Source: Bacteriovoracaceae bacterium (GTDB taxonomy: Bacteria > Bdellovibrionota > Bacteriovoracia > Bacteriovoracales > Bacteriovoracaceae). From it: 64,000 nt of DNA. The position numbers and the translations under genes were made by a program. Location: positions 17,244-81,243 of the forward strand of contig JBIKWR010000001.1 in assembly GCA_044356225.1 (NCBI GenBank). Reading direction: 5' to 3'. Shown piece after piece: positions 30,408 through 38,889 of the stretch. The notes beneath the pieces were generated by a model. The model had not been told where the DNA came from and did not search any database. It saw only the letters and a list, made by a program, of their open reading frames with translations. The stretch's first letter is position 1. The number at the start of each line of letters is the position of its first letter.

Positions 30408-31048
30408 AATGAGCTCACTCTAAAAATTTTCTCCATGGCGATCTGAGAAGCAGTTGAGGAGAAAACACTGAGAATTGAATCTAAAAAACCGGTGTGAGGA
30501 CCTACCCAAGAGGCGGTGGTGTAAAAAGCGCAACGGTTTTGGAATTCAAAAACATGAATCTTCCCTTTAAGATTGGGTAAAAATCCAGTGGGAAAAACAT
30601 AAGGATAAGTGCCGGCTTCTTTAATTCTTGGAATCTGAAAAGAAACCGAAAGGGCGATCGGAAAAAGCGAATGTTCAACTCCCAGGTAAATTTGTTGCGT
30701 CTTTTCGTCGTAGTTACTTTCTTTGACAAAATCAATAAGGTTTTTAAAGTTTTCATACTGAGAGATGACTCGCAAAGCATGAGTGCAATTCAACGGGTGC
30801 AATCCCAGAATCTTAAATTCTAAACTTTGTTGTTTGCCGATAGGAGGAAAAGTATTTTCAGAGCTTTGCTGATCAGAGGTAAATGAATTGACTTCACAAT
30901 GGGAAAAGACTTTTCCTTTGATCACTTGATTTTTAGTTTCGTCGGATAAAGAGACATCTTCCCAGCGAATAGGCGAGCTATTTTCCATCAAGGTTGCCGC
31001 CATCGAAAAAGAAATTGTCTGGACAAAAAGCATGAATAATTTAAACAT
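30404..31048 (-). CDS. hypothetical exported protein
   Basis: 214 aa with signal peptide MFKLFMLFVQTISFSMAA. I recognise no motif. It appears operonic with the GNAT gene and argS. Confidence 0.5.
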   Translation of the reverse strand: MFKLFMLFVQTISFSMAATLMENSSPIRWEDVSLSDETKNQVIKGKVFSHCEVNSFTSDQQSSENTFPPIGKQQSLEFKILGLHPLNCTHALRVISQYENFKNLIDFVKESNYDEKTQQIYLGVEHSLFPIALSVSFQIPRIKEAGTYPYVFPTGFLPNLKGKIHVFEFQNRCAFYTTASWVGPHTGFLDSILSVFSSTASQIAMEKIFRVSSL

Positions 31049-31136
31049 GTTATTTTCTCGTGATCCTTTTTTACCTCTTGTGGGTATAATGAATTAAATT
31101 GATCATATCAAAAACTTGAAGAAGGTGGGCCCATTT

Positions 31137-33131
31137 ATGCAAATAGAAACGGTAAAACGCAAGGGCAAAACCGTAGATGCAGTTATTGAAAGTAAAGATC
31201 AGCGCTGGCATTGTCGCAATCGAGTGACTTTAGTGTTTGGTTCCAACGACCCAGAGGAGTTAGAGACTTATATTTATAAAGATAAATCATTAGAGTTTAA
31301 AACCGTCCAATTTCATCAAGCAAAATCCAAGGCGGTGGAAGAAATTCTGGACAACTGCATCGATGAATTTTACCGCGGGCACGTTACCGAGATTCGAGCT
31401 GAATTGTCTGCCGATAAAAAAACAGTCACGATTACCGACAATGGCATTGGTATGCCATTGGATAAAATTGAGCAAGTTTACACAGAATTTAGAACCGGTT
31501 CAAAATTTAAAGATGAGGAAGTGGATGAAAAGGGCTACCTCCATCGAACCCTTGGCCAAAATGGTTTGGGGGCCTCGGCTACTTGTTTGACCAGTGATTT
31601 ATTTGAGGTAACGGTTAAACATTACAATTCCAAAAAAGAGCAAAATTTTAAATTTATCGATGGGGCCTTAAAAGTTGAAAAATCCAAAGTGAAGGGATTT
31701 AAAGGGCCATCAGGCGTTTCTGTCAGCGTTACTCTGAGTGAAGAAGTTTATAAAGATAATGTGATCGATCCCGTTTTACTTAAAAAACGAATTATTGATT
31801 TGGCCTACAATAATCCTGGGCTCATTTTTTATTTAGGAAAAGAAAAGTTTGTTTATAAAAAAGGCCTCTTTGAGTTGGCGCAAAGAATTAGTCCCAAGTT
31901 TTCTTCAGAGATTGGCGTTGATCACTACTCTTTTGAAATACAACTCAAAGGGACGGGAAAACGCAAAAAGGCCAAGGGAAAAATTGATCTTTCGGTTTCG
32001 GTTGTTTTAGATGCAAATTCTGATGATCGCGAACGATTTATTAGTTTTGTCAATTCCACTCCCACCTTTGATGGTGGATTTCATCAAGATCGCTTTAAAA
32101 GATTTTTTATTAATATGATCAAAGAAAAATTAGATCGAACCGCCAAAAAAGAGAAAGTTTTAGTCAATGATAATGACGTCTTGGCCGGTACGACCTTTGT
32201 TCTTGGCGTGACCATGCCTAATCCTCGATTTGAATCTCAAACCAAAAGAAAATTAGTGCGCGATTTAGATCTAGAAAAATCCATTGAAAAGTTCATGAAT
32301 AAACACATGCTCAATTGGATCAAAAATCATGCCGATTATTTGGAAGTGGTTTTAGAGAGAGCGAAAAATCGCGTAAAATTTCAGGCCCTTAAAGATGCTT
32401 CGAAGTTAGGAAAAAAACAAAAAAGACAAAGAGTTGAAAAATTGCTCGATGCCAATGAAAGAAAAGATCGTAGCCTTTGTTCTCTCTTTATTTGCGAAGG
32501 TGATTCAGCGATCGGTGGATTGCGATCTTCGCGAGATAAATTGTTACATGGTGGAATTGCCTTAAAGGGAAAACCCATGAATGTCCTTCAGGCGACCATT
32601 CCTGACGTCCTTAAAAATCAAGAATTTTTAGATATTATGGCCTCGATCAATTTAACTCTTGGTCAGCCGGTCGATTTTGAAAATTTAAGATACCAAAAGA
32701 TTGTATTTTTGGCGGATTCGGATGTTGACGGTGGCCATATTAACACCTTGTTAACTAATTTCTTTTTTAAGTTTTGGCCGGAACTTTTTGAACGAGGTTG
32801 TATTCAAATTGCCAAGGCACCATTGTTTGAAGTGGTGACCGAAAAAGGAGTGCAGTTTGCGGAAACACCTCATGAGCTGGAAAAAATAAAAAAATCTCAT
32901 AAGGTTAAAGAGGTGATGAGAAATAAAGGTTTGGGTGAAATGAGTCCAGAAGCATGGAAATATGTTATGCAAAGAACCAAACACACTATTATTGAAGTAA
33001 AAAATAAAAAAGATGCCGGCCATGTTTTGGAAATATGTTTTGGCAAAGAAACTCAACATCGAAAAGAGTTATTGATGGATGAAGAGATGACCAGTGGCAA
33101 GTCCAAGGCCAAACGACATACTCATAAATAA
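31137..33131 (+). CDS. type IIA DNA topoisomerase, ATPase/Toprim (B) subunit, divergent
   Basis: GHKL motifs EILDNCIDE, DNGIGMP and GQNGLGAS; transducer QTKRKL; Toprim EGDSAIGG and DSDVDGGHI. I prefer ATG at 31137 (MQIETVKRKGK) to TTG at 31116. Confidence 0.85.
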   Translation: MQIETVKRKGKTVDAVIESKDQRWHCRNRVTLVFGSNDPEELETYIYKDKSLEFKTVQFHQAKSKAVEEILDNCIDEFYRGHVTEIRAELSADKKTVTITDNGIGMPLDKIEQVYTEFRTGSKFKDEEVDEKGYLHRTLGQNGLGASATCLTSDLFEVTVKHYNSKKEQNFKFIDGALKVEKSKVKGFKGPSGVSVSVTLSEEVYKDNVIDPVLLKKRIIDLAYNNPGLIFYLGKEKFVYKKGLFELAQRISPKFSSEIGVDHYSFEIQLKGTGKRKKAKGKIDLSVSVVLDANSDDRERFISFVNSTPTFDGGFHQDRFKRFFINMIKEKLDRTAKKEKVLVNDNDVLAGTTFVLGVTMPNPRFESQTKRKLVRDLDLEKSIEKFMNKHMLNWIKNHADYLEVVLERAKNRVKFQALKDASKLGKKQKRQRVEKLLDANERKDRSLCSLFICEGDSAIGGLRSSRDKLLHGGIALKGKPMNVLQATIPDVLKNQEFLDIMASINLTLGQPVDFENLRYQKIVFLADSDVDGGHINTLLTNFFFKFWPELFERGCIQIAKAPLFEVVTEKGVQFAETPHELEKIKKSHKVKEVMRNKGLGEMSPEAWKYVMQRTKHTIIEVKNKKDAGHVLEICFGKETQHRKELLMDEEMTSGKSKAKRHTHK

Positions 33132-33160
33132 GAAACGGTAATAAAAGGAAGATCAATCGC

Positions 33161-34585
33161 ATGCAAGATACTTACCTCCATAATTTAGCTTCTATACCGC
33201 TAACTGAAATCGTCAAAGAAGAGTATCGCAACTATCAAATATATACGTTGATGGATCGAGCGATTCCCTATTTAGAAGATGGGCTAAAACCTGTTCAGCG
33301 TCGAATCCTTTACATGCTGTGGAAAAATCAAAGTAAAGGATTAATGAAGGTATCTTCTGCCACGGGATTGATCTTAACTCTTCATCCCCATGGTCCTGCT
33401 TCGATTGAAGCTTCAATTGTCAATTTGGCGCAAGATTATACCTTCTCGAATAATTATCCATTAATCGATAAAAAAGGATACTTTGGCGAGCGAATGGAGA
33501 ATATGGCGGCCGCCTCCAGATATATAGAGTGTAAATTAGGAAAGGTCGCCGATCTCATTTTATTTGATGATATGAACCAAGTGGAGATGGTGCCAAATTA
33601 CGACGAACGTTCGGTGGAACCAAGTCATTTGTTACCCAAATTGCCCATTATGCTGTTAAATGGCGCTGAAGGAATTGGCACAGGTTTTTCTTCCATGATT
33701 CCTTCGTTTAATCACACTGACATTATTAAATCCATGATTTCGGTGGTTGAAACTGGTTCACCAAAAAAAATTAAACCATGGGTGCGAAATTTTAAAAATA
33801 CGATTGAAGAACGTGACGGAAAGTTTCATTACCCCGCCAAGTTTGAAGAAAAAAGCGGAAAAGTTTTTATTACTGAATTACCCAAAGGTTATGATGGTCA
33901 AAAAACCAATAAGTATTTAATTAAGTGGCAAGAGAAAGATTATTTACGCGATTTTATTGATTCTACCGTCAATAATGAAGTAGATATTGAACTGATTTTT
34001 AAACGTGGTCAAACTCCCGCTTTGGCCGAAATCCAAGAAAAAATGGGAATTTCTACTTCGGTGTCTCCTAACTATACGTTGATCAATGAAAGAGGAATTA
34101 AAATATTTGATAAACCAGAAGAGATCATCACCATTTTTACCAATCGCCGATTGGCGGTGGTTAAAAAACGTTATCAGTTGTTGGCCGAAGAAACTCAGAA
34201 TAGACTTAATCAAAATAATGAAATCATCCGATTTATTAAAGATAAACATTATGCTCAAGCAGAGAAAAAAGCGAATCGTAAGGCCTTTGTAGATTACTTA
34301 TCGTCAGAAAAATTTCATTTTGCTGAGTATTTAGCAGATATGGCGATTTATCGTATGACAAAAGAAGAGGTCGAAAAGCGATTAGCACTGATTAAAGAAG
34401 ATAAAACAAAATTGGCAGACTATGTAAAAGTGGCGGGAAGTTCAAAACTGGTGGCCGAAAAATTGATTGAAGAGTTAAAAGAGCTCGATCTCAATTTAAC
34501 GCAAGTGATGAAGCAAAAAGAAGATGAAAAAATGCGTTCAAGTATCAAACAGAAAACAAAAACCACCGCCAGAAAAAATCAGTAG
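33161..34585 (+). CDS. type IIA DNA topoisomerase, breakage-reunion (A) subunit lacking the GyrA/ParC C-terminal domain
   Basis: DGLKPVQRRILY, LHPHGPASIE, and the active-site Tyr context AASRYIECKL. At only 474 aa it ends after a coiled-coil/C-gate-like region with a K-rich tail. AAGGAAG lies upstream of the ATG. Confidence 0.85.
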   Translation: MQDTYLHNLASIPLTEIVKEEYRNYQIYTLMDRAIPYLEDGLKPVQRRILYMLWKNQSKGLMKVSSATGLILTLHPHGPASIEASIVNLAQDYTFSNNYPLIDKKGYFGERMENMAAASRYIECKLGKVADLILFDDMNQVEMVPNYDERSVEPSHLLPKLPIMLLNGAEGIGTGFSSMIPSFNHTDIIKSMISVVETGSPKKIKPWVRNFKNTIEERDGKFHYPAKFEEKSGKVFITELPKGYDGQKTNKYLIKWQEKDYLRDFIDSTVNNEVDIELIFKRGQTPALAEIQEKMGISTSVSPNYTLINERGIKIFDKPEEIITIFTNRRLAVVKKRYQLLAEETQNRLNQNNEIIRFIKDKHYAQAEKKANRKAFVDYLSSEKFHFAEYLADMAIYRMTKEEVEKRLALIKEDKTKLADYVKVAGSSKLVAEKLIEELKELDLNLTQVMKQKEDEKMRSSIKQKTKTTARKNQ

Positions 34586-34588
34586 CGG

Positions 34589-34611
34589 CCTAAAACATAA
34601 AAAGTTTTAGG
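34589..34611 (+). terminator. hairpin after the topoisomerase A-subunit gene
   Basis: CCTAAAAC-ATAAAAA-GTTTTAGG forms an 8-bp stem 4 nt after the TAG stop. A short T-run (GTTTTC) follows a few nt later. Confidence 0.45.
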
Positions 34612-34796
34612 AATAAGTTTTCGCTGATTATATCCAAGGCCTTGAATTTGTTGATATTTTATAGGCCATAGCCTTGTTTTTATGGCAAATCCCAAATTGT
34701 CTTTTCAATAAGTTAGGCACTTTTTAGGTGTTTAAAAGATTTTGAGTTACTGTTGTTAAGAGTCAAAAAATCCTGCAAGAAAAAATGGAGATCATT

Positions 34797-35000
34797 ATGT
34801 TAAAGCGAATTTTGGTAGAAAAAAACAAAAGTAAAAATCTTGGTGTCAGTTTAAAAGGCCAGAAAGGTTTTACTGTTTTAGAAATGATAGCGGTTGTCGC
34901 AATGATTGGTATTTTATCAGCGTCCACTGTTCCGTTCTATAAACAAGTTTATAATGATGCTTCACATGTTCATAACTTAAAAAAAGGTCCAATATCTTAA
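34797..35000 (+). CDS. prepilin-type N-terminal cleavage/methylation protein, helix-only mini-pilin
   Basis: KG|FTVLEMIAVVAMIGILSA matches the class III signal (G-F-T-x-x-E plus hydrophobic helix). The mature product is only about 43 aa. I prefer ATG at 34797 because GGAG (34787-34790) lies 6 nt upstream; the track start is 34785. Confidence 0.6.
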   Translation: MLKRILVEKNKSKNLGVSLKGQKGFTVLEMIAVVAMIGILSASTVPFYKQVYNDASHVHNLKKGPIS

Positions 35001-35044
35001 TTGGGATTATTTTTTTAGCTTTAAGTTGATGAAAATCGTAATTC

Positions 35045-35896
35045 TTAAAGCTGATGTTCAAAAATCATTTCACCATTTTGAAAATGCCGACAACGTCCAT
35101 GAATAGTTAACTCGATCAAGCCGCGAATAAGTTCTCCAGGATTTTGTGGGCCATTATTTTGACTCATTGAGTGTGACATAGAAAATCCAGAAATGGATTG
35201 ATTAAATTCATGTTGATAATTTTCGATAATGTTTTCTTTATCAATCGCAAAAGGAATTCGAGAGATATATTCTGGTTGTATTGATGGATGCATCACCGAG
35301 TCTACTGAAAAATCATATTCATGAAAAAGTCCCAAGAGATGTCCTAATTCATGGATGGCCACAGAGGGTAAATCAAAGGTTGAAGCGGATTGAACTAAGC
35401 TCCAATCATGATCACGATAGTTAAAAACAATATCACCATGGATAAGACTTACTTCATTGCCATTTTTAAAACCAAAGTATTGAGTTAAGGCCAAAACATA
35501 ACTGCCAATCCCCTCAAACCATTGATAACTTTTATACATTCCAATTTCATTATCACGATAAAGATCGAGGTTATTTAAATCTTTATTAGGAGTTTCATCC
35601 AAAGGAATTTGAAAAAAATTAAGTTCTTGATCGATCGCCAAAGACCATTCTGATGCTGCATCTTCAATTAAAGTTATTTCTTGTGGATCAAAATCACTCG
35701 AAATTTTCAAGGCCAAGGGTAAATCTATGGCATTCCAGTAAACATGGTACTGAGTTGGCTCAGGAATCGTTTGTTTATTATTACCTAACAAATTGGGAGC
35801 TGGAAGGTCTTCTCCGTTACAACCGATCCATAAAAAAAGAAAAAACAGACTAGTGAGTTGAAGTAATCTTAGAAAGTGTTGGGCAAAGAATGGAAT
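35045..35896 (-). CDS. metzincin (matrixin/M10-like) zinc metalloprotease lipoprotein; proposed ATT start
   Basis: HELGHLLGLFHE (HExxHxxGxxH) plus the Met-turn DSVMHPS. The track ORF (35045..35791, TTG) lacks a signal peptide. The same frame is open upstream to 35977 and encodes PFFAQHFLRLLQLTSLFFLFLWIGC (lipobox). ATT at 35896-35894 lies 5 nt downstream of GAGG. Confidence 0.65.
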   Translation of the reverse strand: MPFFAQHFLRLLQLTSLFFLFLWIGCNGEDLPAPNLLGNNKQTIPEPTQYHVYWNAIDLPLALKISSDFDPQEITLIEDAASEWSLAIDQELNFFQIPLDETPNKDLNNLDLYRDNEIGMYKSYQWFEGIGSYVLALTQYFGFKNGNEVSLIHGDIVFNYRDHDWSLVQSASTFDLPSVAIHELGHLLGLFHEYDFSVDSVMHPSIQPEYISRIPFAIDKENIIENYQHEFNQSISGFSMSHSMSQNNGPQNPGELIRGLIELTIHGRCRHFQNGEMIFEHQL

Positions 35897-35978
35897 AAAA
35901 ACCTCAAGACAAAAGTCCTTCTTAGGAGGTTTTTCGGTACAAAGTAAACAAGACTCAAAGGAGAGAAAAAACTTGTTT

Positions 35979-36003
35979 TAGAGAGGCAAAAACTGCCTCT
36001 CTA
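35979..36003 (-). terminator. hairpin downstream of the transaldolase gene
   Basis: TAGAGAGGCA-AAAAC-TGCCTCTCTA forms a perfect 10-bp stem, 9 nt past the stop at 36012. On the minus strand a T6 run follows after 6 nt. Confidence 0.55.
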
Positions 36004-36011
36004 AAGTAAAT

Positions 36012-36653
36012 TTATTTTTGATTTTTAGCATCTTGAAGAAATTTTTCTAATCCATTTGTGGTTAAAGGATGTTCTATACATTGGTAAAGAACAGAGAGTG
36101 GAATTGTACAAACATCTGCACCAATCAGCGCTGCTTCTTTCATATGCCAGGGATGGCGAATTGAAGCTGCTAAAATTTGAGTTTTATAATCATAGTTTTG
36201 GTAAATAGTTTTAATTTCTTGAATGAGATCCATCCCCGTATGACCGACATCATCGAGTCGACCTATAAAAGGCGAGATATAAGTGGCCCCATTCTTGGCC
36301 GCTAACAAGGCTTGTAGCGGTGAAAAACAAAGAGTTACATTAGTTTTAATTTTTTCTTTAGTTAACTGACCACAAACGGTCAGCCCATCAGCGGTGAGAG
36401 GTAGTTTAATCACCACATTTTTTGCAATTTTTGAAAGTTTTATCGCCTCATCAAACATCGGGCCTTTTTCGATTGATAAAACTTCTGCCGAAATATCTCC
36501 AGCAACAAGATCACATAATTCTTTAATGACTTCCTCGCGTTTTCTTCCCGATTTTGCAATCAAAGAAGGATTAGTGGTCACGCCATCAATCAGGCCTAAA
36601 GGTAAGGCCTTTTTAACTTCTTCAATAATTCCAGTATCTAAAAAAATTTTCAT
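36012..36653 (-). CDS. tal: transaldolase, short type (fructose-6-phosphate aldolase-like family)
   Basis: 213 aa: [20 protein letters not shown], the Schiff-base Lys context VVIKLPLT, and [10 protein letters not shown]. Confidence 0.9.
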   Translation of the reverse strand: MKIFLDTGIIEEVKKALPLGLIDGVTTNPSLIAKSGRKREEVIKELCDLVAGDISAEVLSIEKGPMFDEAIKLSKIAKNVVIKLPLTADGLTVCGQLTKEKIKTNVTLCFSPLQALLAAKNGATYISPFIGRLDDVGHTGMDLIQEIKTIYQNYDYKTQILAASIRHPWHMKEAALIGADVCTIPLSVLYQCIEHPLTTNGLEKFLQDAKNQK

Positions 36654-36771
36654 GGGAACCTCGGTTTAAGTGCATACAATTCATTGATTAAAACATATTA
36701 GCAAAAGCAAAACGGTCGAGTAATTGTTTTTTTACTGCTGACAATTATGTTATCAGGCATAATATTCTAAA

Positions 36772-37617
36772 GTGAAGCTATTGCTATTTTTTATTTTTAT
36801 CCAGTTTTTATCTCTTGGCTTGGCCCTTGCTGTGTCTTCAGGACCAGTGTTACCTGATCAAGGGGTCCTAGAGAGACACACCGATTCATTTTATGACCCA
36901 GATATAAATTATGCTCAATTTCCTGCCCGGGTAACAGATAAAAATCCGGTAGGAGATGTTTTAAAAATTCAAAGTGAAACTGAGAATATTAAATTTTTTC
37001 GTGCAGGTGATGAAGTCAAATTTAAAATATCAACATTATTAAAAAATCCTCCGTGTACCGGACATGTGCGTTCTGTTGAATCTCCATATTTTACCATTCA
37101 TATTAATGACATAAAACAGTGTTGGAAGCAGGTAGAATATTTTAGAAGAGGAAGCTTATTGCATTTTGATAGTCCCATTTTGGCCACCAGAATAAAAAAT
37201 GCAAGTTTTTTTCGATTAGTTTTAATGCAAAGGAAGAAAGACTATTTGGCCCAGTTAAATGAAAATAATCAATTTTTATGGCGTTTTAACGAGCTTCAAG
37301 TGAATGCGGTAGCGGAGTTTGATCTGCAGATTGCAGAGATTGAAAAAAGAAAACAGAAGGCCTTAGATGATTTAATTGTAAAAAAGAAAGAGGCTTCCGT
37401 CTTGCAACAAACCTTGATTCGAAAATTAGATGAAGTTGATAATGATCTACTTTTTTATCAAATTGAGCGCCAAGATATTATTGTGGATCGTTGGTTTTTA
37501 GATCATGACTTAGGAAAACCGGTGTCTGAACGACCACAAGAATTGATCAAAAGTGATGCTGGAGGTCCTCAAGGAAGACGGTGGGAAGCTAAAAATTTTT
37601 TAGAAATGGGAAAATAA
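36772..37617 (+). CDS. hypothetical exported protein with C-terminal coiled coil
   Basis: GTG start, signal peptide MKLLLFFIFIQFLSLGLALA, and a heptad-like K/E/Q-rich region (IAEIEKRKQKALDDLIVKKKEA). I recognise no domain. Confidence 0.5.
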   Translation: MKLLLFFIFIQFLSLGLALAVSSGPVLPDQGVLERHTDSFYDPDINYAQFPARVTDKNPVGDVLKIQSETENIKFFRAGDEVKFKISTLLKNPPCTGHVRSVESPYFTIHINDIKQCWKQVEYFRRGSLLHFDSPILATRIKNASFFRLVLMQRKKDYLAQLNENNQFLWRFNELQVNAVAEFDLQIAEIEKRKQKALDDLIVKKKEASVLQQTLIRKLDEVDNDLLFYQIERQDIIVDRWFLDHDLGKPVSERPQELIKSDAGGPQGRRWEAKNFLEMGK

Positions 37618-37620
37618 AAA

Positions 37621-37639
37621 AGGCGCTATAAAAGCGCCT
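37621..37639. terminator. bidirectional intrinsic terminator between convergent genes
   Basis: AGGCGCT-ATAAA-AGCGCCT forms a perfect 7-bp GC-rich stem. It is flanked by an A-run upstream and T-runs downstream, so it is U-tract competent on both strands. Confidence 0.65.
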
Positions 37640-37675
37640 CTTTCTAATTTTTTTCTAATTTTTTTTCAAAAATTG

Positions 37676-38677
37676 TTATTGTTCAAATTGGTAATAAACT
37701 TCTTTTAAAAACTCATCCGCAAATAGATTATTTTCTAAGTGAGATTTATAAAGTTTAAGTGAGTAACTAGGAGTTACACCCATCCATTCTTTAATCAAAG
37801 AATGTTTTTTATCTTGGCAGAGCCATTTAAAAATACAAGCTTGTCTTAAAGACTTAGGAGTTAAGGTAATAGTGAGTTTATTTCTCAATTCTTCAAAAAT
37901 GATTTCTAGACCTCGAGGAGATAACCCACCAGAAAGTATTCTGTAAGGATTGGCGTTAAAAAGAACTTCATCAAAACTAATGTTTGATTCTCTTTTAACT
38001 TCATCTAATAAACTTTTATAAGAAGCAAAAACCGGATTAAAGATTTCTGGAAGTGGTACCGAGTAAGGATCTCGTTTGGTAGGAGTTACCATTACTCGAG
38101 GTTCATTACCTTCATAGATATGATCCATTTTAAGTTTTGCTAAATCGGAAACCTTCAATCCACCACCATAGACCAAAACCACGATGACTTGGTTTCGTCG
38201 AGCGATCAAACTGCCTAGTTTAGTTTTTGTTTTACTATCTTCACATAAGTGCTTCCACAGAGTTTTTACATCTTGTAAAGGAGTTGGTCTGGGAATATCT
38301 AAAAACTTAGGAGAAGTTGGTAATTTACGAACGGGATTTTCGCTATAAAGACCTTTTTGCACCATAAAATCAAAGAAAATACGCAAGGCTTGAACTCGGC
38401 GGCGTCTGGAGTTATCGGAGGTGTATTTTTGATTGAGGAAAGCTCCGTATTCCATGACTTTGGTATTGTTAAAATTGATTAGGGTGAGGTTACCCTGTTT
38501 ATCGATTAAGTATTTGTTAAAACACTCTAAGTCAGTTCGATAGTTTTTGAGAGTATTGGCACTTTTCCCTTGAACTCTTAATAAATCAAAAAAATCTTTT
38601 TGAAGTTCCCCAAGCATGATGGGTGAAGATGAAATGATGGTGTTGTCTGAACCTACGTTTGGTGTGCTTAATTCCAT
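37676..38677 (-). CDS. tyrosine-recombinase-like protein (Xer/integrase fold) with degenerate catalytic residues
   Basis: N-terminal SAM-like core-binding motif (KSANTLKNYRTDLECFNKYL). The C-terminal domain is alignable to XerD boxes: GGGLKVSDL (Arg-I replaced by K), TPKSLRQAC (HxxR replaced by KxxR, next His replaced by Q), and WMGV..LKLYKSH (His/Trp replaced by V, Tyr retained). Confidence 0.55.
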   Translation of the reverse strand: MELSTPNVGSDNTIISSSPIMLGELQKDFFDLLRVQGKSANTLKNYRTDLECFNKYLIDKQGNLTLINFNNTKVMEYGAFLNQKYTSDNSRRRRVQALRIFFDFMVQKGLYSENPVRKLPTSPKFLDIPRPTPLQDVKTLWKHLCEDSKTKTKLGSLIARRNQVIVVLVYGGGLKVSDLAKLKMDHIYEGNEPRVMVTPTKRDPYSVPLPEIFNPVFASYKSLLDEVKRESNISFDEVLFNANPYRILSGGLSPRGLEIIFEELRNKLTITLTPKSLRQACIFKWLCQDKKHSLIKEWMGVTPSYSLKLYKSHLENNLFADEFLKEVYYQFEQ

Positions 38678-38889
38678 TTGGCAATCCGTTTTCTTTAGAG
38701 GTTTGTAAAATTTTTATGTGTAAGTGGCGGCATAGTACTGAAAGAATTTCAGATCGACAAACAAATTCGTCGTTTCCCGAAGTTGATTGCATTTACTCTT
38801 AATCTGACGTATGGATTGGCGCTACATTTATTTGATCCAAAAATTGCTCTCACAGACTGAAAAGTGGTCGAGATCAAGAGGATGACCAG

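Noticed and set aside
34660-34784. Sigma-54 promoter upstream of the mini-pilin (TGGCAA-N..-TTGT at about 34684, AGGCAC-N5-AGGT at about 34716).
   Set aside because: The first candidate has the -12 element about 3 nt too far from the GG. The second lacks the TTGC element. Neither fits TGGCAC-N5-TTGC.
31116-38677. Prophage remnant or genomic island hypothesis (phage-sized topoisomerase II pair plus an integrase-like gene).
   Set aside because: No capsid, tail, terminase, repressor or other phage genes are present, and there is no flanking tRNA or direct repeats that I can see. A housekeeping transaldolase lies in between. The recombinase-like protein has a degenerate active site.
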